Assembly (NCBI GenBank): GCA_016926735.1 | Contig: JAFGOA010000040.1 | Location: 1-22,513 of the forward strand | From: Promethearchaeota archaeon | Lineage (GTDB): Archaea > Asgardarchaeota > Lokiarchaeia > Sigyniarchaeales > SOKP01 | Direction: 5' to 3' | DNA: 22,513 bases | In this document: one piece after another, positions 1 to 7,355 of the stretch | How positions within the stretch are numbered: position 1 is the first letter of the stretch | How the letters are laid out: the number at the start of each line of letters is the position of its first letter | The notes under the pieces: model-generated | Databases searched by the model: none | What the model saw: the letters and a program-made list of their open reading frames with translations, nothing else | What the model was told of the DNA's origin: nothing | Made by a program: the position numbers and the translations under genes

Positions 1-1
1 T

Positions 2-886
2 ACAAAAGGATATTGGGGTAATGATACTGAAATAATGTATATATTTTCTTCAGATGGAGTAACATGGTCGAATGCAACAGTTATTTCCGATGGATTTAAT
101 GGAGTATATTGGAATAGCGGAAAGAGTAATTGCCCTAATATCGCAGTAGATTATTCTGGAAAGATTCATGTTGTATGGATGGACGAAACAATAGGTCCTT
201 GGTCGTATAATACTAAGGATCAAGAAATAATGTATGCATCTTCTTCAAATGGAGTAACCTGGTCGAATGTAACTGTTATTTCCGAGGGATATAATGGAGT
301 ATATTGGAATAATGGAGGATGTGGTGATCCTATTATTGCAATTGACTCAATAAATAAAATACATATTGTATGGTATGATTTTACAATTGGATCATGGGGT
401 AATGATGGAGAGATAATGTATATAGAATTAGTCGAAGATGATTCTCCCGTTATAATCGATCCTCCTCATTATGAAGATGGAAAAATCATTTGGACTGCTA
501 TTGATGATGATCCTAACAGATATACGCTTACTCGCGGTGAAAGTCTAGTTGCATCTGGTATATGGCAATCTAATGTACCTGTAATAGTTGATATAGGCTA
601 TTTAGATACAGGTAGTTATACATTTACAGTCTCATTAACTGATCAAGCAGGATACAGTGTATTTGACTCAGTTCAATTCATGATATTTTTCAAAATGGGA
701 GATGTAAATCATGATGGAGTTTTAAATATTGTTGATTCTCTACTTGTTGCTCAGTATTATGTTGGTCTTAATCCCTCCCCTTTTTATGTTAAAGAAGCAG
801 ATGTAGATTATAATGGAAATATAGATATCATAGATGCTTTAATGATTGCTCAAGCATATGTTGGTTTGAATGAATTACCTTTCTAG
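2..886 (+). CDS. Secreted/surface protein, 5'-truncated by the window: Asp-box (BNR-like) beta-propeller repeats, an Ig-like segment and a C-terminal type I dockerin
   Basis: The frame is open from position 2 (TKGYWGNDTEIM...), so the ATG at 35 is internal. Repeats contain SSDGVTWS and SSNGVTWS (Asp-box SxDxGxTW-like). The C-terminus has two Ca-binding dockerin repeats, GDVNHDGVLNIVDSLLVAQY and ADVDYNGNIDIIDALMIAQ (about 698-883). Confidence 0.8.
   Translation, partial: TKGYWGNDTEIMYIFSSDGVTWSNATVISDGFNGVYWNSGKSNCPNIAVDYSGKIHVVWMDETIGPWSYNTKDQEIMYASSSNGVTWSNVTVISEGYNGVYWNNGGCGDPIIAIDSINKIHIVWYDFTIGSWGNDGEIMYIELVEDDSPVIIDPPHYEDGKIIWTAIDDDPNRYTLTRGESLVASGIWQSNVPVIVDIGYLDTGSYTFTVSLTDQAGYSVFDSVQFMIFFKMGDVNHDGVLNIVDSLLVAQYYVGLNPSPFYVKEADVDYNGNIDIIDALMIAQAYVGLNELPF
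29..421 (+). repeat. Intragenic tandem repeat of about 62-65 aa (propeller blades)
   Basis: GA(A/G)ATAATGTAT recurs at 29, 224 and 410. GGAGTAACNTGGTCGAATG and AATGGAGTATATTGGAAT are each present twice. Confidence 0.85.
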
Positions 887-1006
887 AGCCTTATTTCTAT
901 TAAAAAATTAAGAATGTAAAAAATTTTATTTTAATTTCTTAAAGTTTAAATTTTCCATGCTTTATTATTATTATAACGAAGAATTTAAAAAAAGTTCGAG
1001 ATTAAA

Positions 1007-1588
1007 ATGAGTAGTGAAAAAGAAGGATTAAGAAAGCTAATTATGTTGATTTCAGAATTGAGAGCCAAGGACGAGGAGAGATATGAGGCTCATGTTGATT
1101 TTATGAATCAAACAATTAAAATGATTAGCGCAATAGAATCTCAAATGAATAAACATTGGAAAACGGTTTTAGAATCATTGAAGGAATTAAATGAGAATAT
1201 AAATACTAATTTAGATTCATTACTTACAGGAATTAATCCAAAGGGATTAAGAGAAACATCAAAATCATTAAGAGAAATAATGGATACAATGAATAAAAGC
1301 GTTCAATCTATGAATCTTGAAAAAGTTTTAAGTGAGTTAAAAGAACTAAAGGGAGCTAATATACAATATGTTCCTATGGCGGCTCAAGAGGTTGCTATTG
1401 GACAGCAGCCTGAGCAGATTTCTACTGGCATTGCACCTGTGGGATTAAAAGCTCCAGGGAAAACCGCCTCAACTGCTACCAATCAAGATGCTCAATGGGT
1501 TGATCCTAATGAGGCTGCTGAAAAGAAAAGAAAAAAAGAAGAAGAGGAGCCTCATTTATTGAAACCAAGTGACTTTTTTGGTTCTTAA
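1007..1588 (+). CDS. Hypothetical protein: helical/coiled-coil N-terminus, low-complexity linker, short C-terminal motif
   Basis: 193-aa ORF with heptad-like helical sequence over about the first 115 aa, an A/P/Q/T-rich linker, and a KKRKKEEEEPHLLKPSDFFGS tail. A T-run follows the stop. Confidence 0.75.
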   Translation: MSSEKEGLRKLIMLISELRAKDEERYEAHVDFMNQTIKMISAIESQMNKHWKTVLESLKELNENINTNLDSLLTGINPKGLRETSKSLREIMDTMNKSVQSMNLEKVLSELKELKGANIQYVPMAAQEVAIGQQPEQISTGIAPVGLKAPGKTASTATNQDAQWVDPNEAAEKKRKKEEEEPHLLKPSDFFGS

Positions 1589-1705
1589 ACATTTTTTTAC
1601 TTAATACTAAATATTTTTTTAAAATTTCTACTAATTATAATTAGATTAGAATAACCAAGAAAAAGTCAAATCCATTTTTAAATCTAATTAGATTTTATCA
1701 ATTAC

Positions 1706-1941
1706 AGCAAAAGAAAACACCTTCCTTTCGGGGGCTGATGAATTTTGCTTTTGTAAATCTTTAACCTCTCATCATTTAAAAACAAAAAAAATATAAGAAT
1801 AATTAATGCAACTCATTCGACAAGTTCAATTTAAATCCTTTACATCTATTTTTTGATAGAGGATGTCTGAGCCGCCCATTAGTGTTAGAAATTAATTGAT
1901 GTTTAACCTAAAAATCTCACTCCTTTAGGTGAGTAGTTCAA
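1706..1941 (+). mobile_element. Non-autonomous IS200/IS605-family mini-element (internally deleted IS605/IS1341-type; left end + tnpB 3' remnant + right end)
   Basis: TTAC at 1702-1705 immediately precedes the left-end hairpin AGCAAAAGAAAACACCTTCCTTTCGGGGGCTGATGAATTTTGCT. The right end AAATCTCACTCCTTTAGGTGAGTAGTTCAA ends in TCAA, as in the IS608 architecture (TTAC/TCAA cleavage sites, hairpin with a T-rich loop). No target duplication is seen. Joining 1705 to 1942 restores GCC ATG TAA in frame for the neighbouring minus-strand gene. Confidence 0.8.
1775..1899 (+). pseudogene. tnpB: Eroded 3' tip of a tnpB gene
   Basis: Three fragments in shifting frames: FKNKKNIRIINA (1775-1810), IRQVQFKSFTSIF (1815-1853) and DRGCLSRPLVLEIN* (1855-1899). 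They resemble, from memory, the IS1341-type TnpB C-terminus (F....G..INADxNGAxNIxRK...RG.L..P..). The DxNGAxN segment is deleted and there is a frameshift in a T-run. Confidence 0.6.
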
Positions 1942-2795
1942 ATGGCGCCCATAATATCTGAATAAATATTTAACTTAATATTATAAAATTCATCAATTAT
2001 AGCTAAAAGAAAATCAAAATATTCCTTCTTGTATTTTCTTGTAAAATTCTTTTCAAGAGTATCTTTAATTTGCATTTTGTTAATACTTTCTTTTTTTTGA
2101 GAAAATGTATCAATTATAAAATTTACTTCTTGATGAATCAATTTCATTCTTTTTTTTAAAAGAGGAATTGCTTTATCTTTTTGTTCATAAAATTCAGCAA
2201 TTATGCTATTTATAACTTTTAGATTTTTAGTAAAATTTTTAATCCCTTTAGTTTTCATATCTTGAATAAGAACGGTATTTTCCATTAATTTATTGAGTTC
2301 AAAGGTTTTATCTTTAATAACTTTCACATTATAAGTAAAAAGATCTTTCATAATTGTTTCAAGGAATTTTAATAACATACTCTTATCATTATCATCCAAT
2401 TCTTCACTTATAATTATAACATTCTTTTTTAATAAAATAGCTTTAAAAATATATTCATAAATAATCGTTGGGAAAAAACTTTTTATTAATTTAATTTGTG
2501 TATCGTTTAATGACGATTCTTTTTGAGGATCATAATCAAGACCATCTATTAATTTAATATCGTCTAATAAAATATCTACTTTTTGATATCCTCTAATATG
2601 AAAATTTTTATCTAAATATATTTGAAAATGATGCTCACAGCAATATCCTGGAGGTATACTCACTGTTGTTAGAGTTTTACTAACTTTAATTGAATTTAAA
2701 GGTATAAAGAGATCTTTATTCTTTTTACATTCAGGACATATAATATTAACCTTTATTTTAACATCAGAATCCTCATCTAATTCTATATTTTTCAT
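1938..2795 (-). CDS. Hypothetical protein with N-terminal zinc ribbon (CPEC...CCEHHF)
   Basis: 285-aa ORF containing ICPECK and CCEHHFQIYLDKNFHIRGYQKVD. An AGGTG SD-like motif lies upstream. The stop codon lies inside the mini-IS right end. Confidence 0.8.
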   Translation of the reverse strand: MKNIELDEDSDVKIKVNIICPECKKNKDLFIPLNSIKVSKTLTTVSIPPGYCCEHHFQIYLDKNFHIRGYQKVDILLDDIKLIDGLDYDPQKESSLNDTQIKLIKSFFPTIIYEYIFKAILLKKNVIIISEELDDNDKSMLLKFLETIMKDLFTYNVKVIKDKTFELNKLMENTVLIQDMKTKGIKNFTKNLKVINSIIAEFYEQKDKAIPLLKKRMKLIHQEVNFIIDTFSQKKESINKMQIKDTLEKNFTRKYKKEYFDFLLAIIDEFYNIKLNIYSDIMGAI

Positions 2796-3027
2796 ATGTG
2801 GAGCACCCTAAATAATACAAATTAAATAAAATAAAAAAGTTTTATTACAAAATTGATGTTCAATTCTAAAGATAATACTAAAAAAATTAAACTTTTCTTA
2901 ATAGGTAATATATCAATTAACAATAACATATATAAATATTTCTCAGAAAAATTCAGATATTCTTTTTTATTTCTGTAAAAAATCTAAATGTGATTATACC
3001 AAATTAATAGAAAGCTTAAATGCCTAA

Positions 3028-4377
3028 TTAATATATGAATAATTCCATAAACGCTTCTAACCTAGTTCGAGTTTGTTCAATATTCTCCCCAATTTTATTA
3101 AAAGACATAACAGTAGTTGGGATTTCAAGATTTCTTTTAATTTTATTCCTTAATAACGTATAACAATTTGCGATACTATGGCATCCAAAAACTTGATTGA
3201 ATATCATACCATCTATTTTAAGCTCTTTAGCAGAATTCATATAATTATCAGTTAAAGCATTTTGATCATATCCTATTCCATCTGTAGTTATATTCATTAA
3301 AAATTTAGCATATTCTTCGATTGGGTCTGAATTATTAGAAGAAGGTATCTCCTCTAAAAACTTGAATATTAACCAATCAGCATAAATAGTTCTTGCACCT
3401 AATTTATATAAAATTTCATGTGTTTCAGGTTCCCACCCTCCAAACACAGGCGTTATTAATAATTTAGGCATTTTAGATACATCCATTCCTATCCCTTTCC
3501 GCTTTCTTTCATTTATTTCATTTTGTAATTGTGTAATATTTTCAAGATAACTTTGAGCATCTGAATTAAGATCTTGAAAACTAAGTCCTAAAAGAACTAA
3601 AATTTCTGCGAAAGTGGCAGGATTACAAGGATAAAAATCATCTATACAAGAATTTCTAAGAATAGAGTTATAAATTTTCTTTATTTGATTACCAAGTTGG
3701 AATTGTTTTCTTAAACTATTATCAGTTATTAGATTTCCAGTTAGCTCTTCTAATTCTGATATTGCATTTTTAATATTTTCTTCTAATAATTCTACACTAT
3801 TCCCCAAATTTCTTGGAGGGATATCAATCCAAATCTGTTTAGAATTAGGAATGATATATTTTAATGATTCAGAATATTTATTCCAAGCACTACATCGAAT
3901 TGAATAGTTTAAATTTGCATCTATATTTTTACCTTTAGATAAAAACATACCTGTAAGATTAGTGATACCATAGCAAAAATCATTTGACACACCATTTTTT
4001 ATTCCAAGATCATATAATTCATTATATTTTTCATTAATTGTATGTATTACATCATCAAGTACATTATCTAAGATATTTAAAACATCAAATTGCTTTGCAA
4101 AACCTAAAAGTTTTGAAGTCACATTCCATCCGAATAAACTCGATGCTGATCCTAATGCTGATAAATAATTATGAATTTTATACTGTTCCATTCGAATAGG
4201 AAAGACAGGTATAGCAGAAGCAGCAAATACCAAATCTGAAAATGGTAAAGCAATTCCTACTAACTTTTTTTTGTCAGTAAATTTCTTTTTTTTTAAATAA
4301 TTTCTTCCTGCAAGAAAATTGTAGGAAAGACGTAATACAGATTTAAAAGATACAATATCATCAGTAAATAAACTCAT
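3028..4377 (-). CDS. 2-hydroxyacyl-CoA dehydratase family subunit (HgdA/B, FldB/C, BcrB/C-like)
   Basis: Candidate Fe-S cysteines in DFCYG, IRCSAW and FGCHS. Family-typical IDGMIFNQVFGC and C-terminal EQTRTRLEAFMEL motifs. It starts 1 nt after the partner subunit. Confidence 0.85.
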   Translation of the reverse strand: MSLFTDDIVSFKSVLRLSYNFLAGRNYLKKKKFTDKKKLVGIALPFSDLVFAASAIPVFPIRMEQYKIHNYLSALGSASSLFGWNVTSKLLGFAKQFDVLNILDNVLDDVIHTINEKYNELYDLGIKNGVSNDFCYGITNLTGMFLSKGKNIDANLNYSIRCSAWNKYSESLKYIIPNSKQIWIDIPPRNLGNSVELLEENIKNAISELEELTGNLITDNSLRKQFQLGNQIKKIYNSILRNSCIDDFYPCNPATFAEILVLLGLSFQDLNSDAQSYLENITQLQNEINERKRKGIGMDVSKMPKLLITPVFGGWEPETHEILYKLGARTIYADWLIFKFLEEIPSSNNSDPIEEYAKFLMNITTDGIGYDQNALTDNYMNSAKELKIDGMIFNQVFGCHSIANCYTLLRNKIKRNLEIPTTVMSFNKIGENIEQTRTRLEAFMELFIY

Positions 4378-4378
4378 A

Positions 4379-5515
4379 TTATATCATCTCTAAAAATGCT
4401 TCTATCCTTGTCGATAGTTGCCCTCTATTCGAACGAGAATAGTCTCTTTCTAAATTTAAAACATTTATTCCTCTATCTTTTAGCTGATTTTTCAAATTAG
4501 TTTGAAATAAACTAAAATGATCGCAAAATTTTATAATATGATTAATTATTGCCGGTTTCTTATTAACATCCTTATTAAAACGGTTTACCCACCTTTCTAA
4601 AAAATTAAGTTTATTCTCAAGATATTCAGGAATACAATGATCTCCATATAGGTTATTTTCAAACCTTTTTGTAAGAATATTTAATGGATTTTCTATTTTT
4701 CTCAACGTCTCTTTTTCAAAAATTTGGGAATAGTAATTATAACCAATCCAAGAGTCAAAAAAAACAATATTACCTCCACTCTCTTCTATAAGATCTATTA
4801 AATAATCTCCTATGAAAATAGAGCATCCTGTTAATATTATATTTTTATAATTATTATTTTTTGTAAAATCTTTTTCTTCATATCTATCAATGAACCTTTC
4901 CAATTCAGGTTGAATATCAGGACCAAAAAGAATAGATTTTTGAATAAGTTCTAACTTTTGTGATCCTAATATATCCAAATTTCCAATTTTACTCAAAACT
5001 TTTTTAAAGTTATTATATTTTAGAATACTTTCTCTTAATTTTTCATCTGAGATTTTTGCTTTAGTAATAGATTCTATTTTTTTTTTTAGATTATCTAATT
5101 CGATTCTATAATATTTAAAAGAATTTTGATTCCTTGCATATGCAACATAAAAATCCAAACGAGGTAGTTTAGAGGTTTCAGAAATAATTTCTGATACACA
5201 AATATCTGTAACGCAATGATTTGAAAGTAAGATATAATCTACATTCTGTAAAAATTCAAACATATTGGGTATTAAATGATATAATCCTAGACAGCTCTGA
5301 GCAAAACTACATGTTGAAGGAGGCAAGAAATCATGACTTGAATTCATCAAATCATCATTTCCAGCAAAAATCATTCTTAAAGGAACAATATCAGCTGCAT
5401 CAAAAAGTTCTTCTGGAATATTATCGTGAGCTAGAAATGCAATAATTTTTTTTCCTTCTTTTTTCTTAATTTCTAAGAATTTATTATATTCGGATAAAAG
5501 TTCTGATGAATTCAT
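4379..5515 (-). CDS. 2-hydroxyacyl-CoA dehydratase family subunit
   Basis: Motifs IPEELFDAADIVPLR, STCSFAQSC, SNHC, KFCD and C-terminal GQLSTRIEAFLEMI. Confidence 0.88.
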   Translation of the reverse strand: MNSSELLSEYNKFLEIKKKEGKKIIAFLAHDNIPEELFDAADIVPLRMIFAGNDDLMNSSHDFLPPSTCSFAQSCLGLYHLIPNMFEFLQNVDYILLSNHCVTDICVSEIISETSKLPRLDFYVAYARNQNSFKYYRIELDNLKKKIESITKAKISDEKLRESILKYNNFKKVLSKIGNLDILGSQKLELIQKSILFGPDIQPELERFIDRYEEKDFTKNNNYKNIILTGCSIFIGDYLIDLIEESGGNIVFFDSWIGYNYYSQIFEKETLRKIENPLNILTKRFENNLYGDHCIPEYLENKLNFLERWVNRFNKDVNKKPAIINHIIKFCDHFSLFQTNLKNQLKDRGINVLNLERDYSRSNRGQLSTRIEAFLEMI

Positions 5516-5615
5516 ATATCAGTATAAAATAAATAAAGATAGTACATACTAAAAAGATTAAATAATTGATAAAATTTATTGATATAAAAAATTAGAGAAA
5601 ATAGGTATGTAGGAA

Positions 5616-6386
5616 TTATTCTTTATCCATTGAGATCAAAGCAGCTCCAATAGCCCCGGTTAATTGGGGATATTCTGGAATAACAATTTCAAATCCCAAT
5701 TCGACTTCTAAATATTTTTTTACTGCTATATTTTTAGCAACCCCACCACAAAAAACCAATAATGGTTCAACATTCATACGTTTAGACATTCCGGCTACTC
5801 TTTTAGCGATAGATTGATGAATACCTGCTGCAATATCTTCTTTTGGGACTTTTTGAGCAAATAGACTTATTATTTCACTTTCAGCAAAGACAGTACACGT
5901 TGAGGAAATTGATGCAATATTTTTAGATTTAAGGGCTAATGCACCCATATCCTCTATTGGCACATTTAATGCATCTGACATTACTTCTAGAAACCTACCC
6001 GTTCCAGCAGCACATTTATCATTCATTTGAAAATCAATAACTTTACCTGACTTTGCAGAGATTATAATTACTTTAGAATCTTGCCCACCGATATCTATAA
6101 CTGATCTAGCATTAGGAAAAAAATATTGAACGCCCTTCCCATGAGCAGTGATTTCTGTTATACGATTATCTTTAAAATCAATAGTATTACGCCCATATCC
6201 TGTGCTTGTTACATAAACATCTGATTTTTTTAAATTATTCTGATCTAATATTTCTGTAAATAAATTATAAGCTACTTTTTTAAAATCATAAGTGGATCTA
6301 GCTACTCTCCAATCAATTAACTTTTTATCTTTATCTAATAAGATAATTTTAGTTACTAAAGATCCTATATCAATTCCTATAAACAT
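5616..6386 (-). CDS. hgdC: ATP-dependent activator of 2-hydroxyacyl-CoA dehydratase (HgdC/BadF-BadG/BcrA-BcrD ASKHA ATPase)
   Basis: Motifs GIDIGS, TGYGR, EITAH, IDIGGQDSK, MNDKCAAGTGRFLE, STCTVFAESE, GGVAKN and GAIGAAL. Confidence 0.93.
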   Translation of the reverse strand: MFIGIDIGSLVTKIILLDKDKKLIDWRVARSTYDFKKVAYNLFTEILDQNNLKKSDVYVTSTGYGRNTIDFKDNRITEITAHGKGVQYFFPNARSVIDIGGQDSKVIIISAKSGKVIDFQMNDKCAAGTGRFLEVMSDALNVPIEDMGALALKSKNIASISSTCTVFAESEIISLFAQKVPKEDIAAGIHQSIAKRVAGMSKRMNVEPLLVFCGGVAKNIAVKKYLEVELGFEIVIPEYPQLTGAIGAALISMDKE

Positions 6387-6449
6387 ACTAATATACTAAA
6401 TTATAAAAAAAAGAAAAAGATTTTCATAAATTTAAATTAAATCTATTAA

Positions 6450-7247
6450 TTATTTTAATTCTTTAGCTTGGCTAATCCAATCCTCTACATCTTTCAATAG
6501 AGGTAACTTTCTAAGTATATCAGGTTTTTCTTTATCTAATTTCTCAAGTCTTTCCAATGTATTTTTTGGATTTCTTTGAGCTAGTTCTTTTACAGAATCA
6601 ACACCAATTTGGTTTATAGCATCAGCAAATTCAGGACCTATGCCTTTTATTCTCATTAAATCTGCATGTTCTTGCCATTTATCAAGTAATTTTGCTGAAA
6701 TACCTGTTTTTTTAGCTAATGCTTCAATATCATCTTTTGTCATAGATAATAAATTTTCAACTTTTTTATATCCAGCACTATCTAATTTTTTCGAATATTT
6801 ATTTCCTATACCTTCAATATTGGCAATATCCATTCCTGGACCTTCTTTTTCTATTTTTATATTATACTTATCCTTAGATGCTTTAATCCAATCTTCGATA
6901 TCTTTCAAAAGAGGTAATTTCCTGATAACATCAGGTTTTTTTTTATCTAATTCCTCGATCTTTTTTAAAGTATTTTGAGGATCTCGATAAGCTAATTCTT
7001 TTATAGAATCAATACCAATTTGATTTAGAACATCAGCATATTCTGGCCCTATACCTTTTATTTCAATTAGATCGGCATTATCTTGCCATTTATCAATAAG
7101 TTTTGGTGAGATTTTTGTTTTAGCTGCGAGTTCTTTAATTTGAACCCAAGAAAGGGATGATAAATCCGTAGTTTCAATTAATCCCTCTTTTTCTAAAGTT
7201 TTAGCATAATCTTTCCCAATACCTTCAATTTCAATTAATTTCAACAT
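6450..7247 (-). CDS. DUF4332-like helix-hairpin-helix protein, two tandem copies of the module
   Basis: IEGIG, IKGIGPE(Y/F)AD, QIG(I/V)DS(I/V)KELA and RKLPLLKD(I/V)EDWI each occur twice, about 138 aa apart. Confidence 0.8.
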   Translation of the reverse strand: MLKLIEIEGIGKDYAKTLEKEGLIETTDLSSLSWVQIKELAAKTKISPKLIDKWQDNADLIEIKGIGPEYADVLNQIGIDSIKELAYRDPQNTLKKIEELDKKKPDVIRKLPLLKDIEDWIKASKDKYNIKIEKEGPGMDIANIEGIGNKYSKKLDSAGYKKVENLLSMTKDDIEALAKKTGISAKLLDKWQEHADLMRIKGIGPEFADAINQIGVDSVKELAQRNPKNTLERLEKLDKEKPDILRKLPLLKDVEDWISQAKELK

Positions 7248-7355
7248 TTATCACTTAAAGTTTTAAAAATATGATAGTGTAAAATAAAAAAGTAGTATAT
7301 TTAAATCTATTTTTAAAAAACTAAAGATTAATTTAAATAATTTTAAAAATACAAA

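Noticed and set aside
1631-1695. Palindromes CTAATTATAATTAG and AAATCTAATTAGATTT between convergent genes
   Set aside because: Almost entirely A/T, so plausible by chance at this composition. They lie outside the inferred element boundary and no function can be supported.
1706-1749. Hammerhead ribozyme, fluoride riboswitch or C/D box suggested by CTGATGA and GAAA around a hairpin
   Set aside because: There is no stem III or NUH cleavage triplet between GAAA and the hairpin, no fluoride-riboswitch 5' pseudoknot segment and no matching D box. An IS605-type left end explains the sequence better.
1706-1749. SECIS element, or SRP helix 8 (CCGAAAGGAAG on the minus strand)
   Set aside because: AUGA is on the 3' arm rather than the 5' arm, and the upstream gene has no in-frame UGA. 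The SRP symmetric-loop consensus and the rest of SRP RNA are absent.
1826-1879. Short minus-strand ORF MGGSDILYQKIDVKDLN ending in TGA, as a possible selenopeptide
   Set aside because: It is the antisense of the tnpB remnant, with no redox motif or other independent support.
5221-5445. 74-aa plus-strand ORF
   Set aside because: Antisense shadow inside the dehydratase subunit gene.
6640-6978. 112-aa plus-strand ORF
   Set aside because: Antisense shadow of the DUF4332-like gene, with the F/S/I-rich composition typical of reverse frames.
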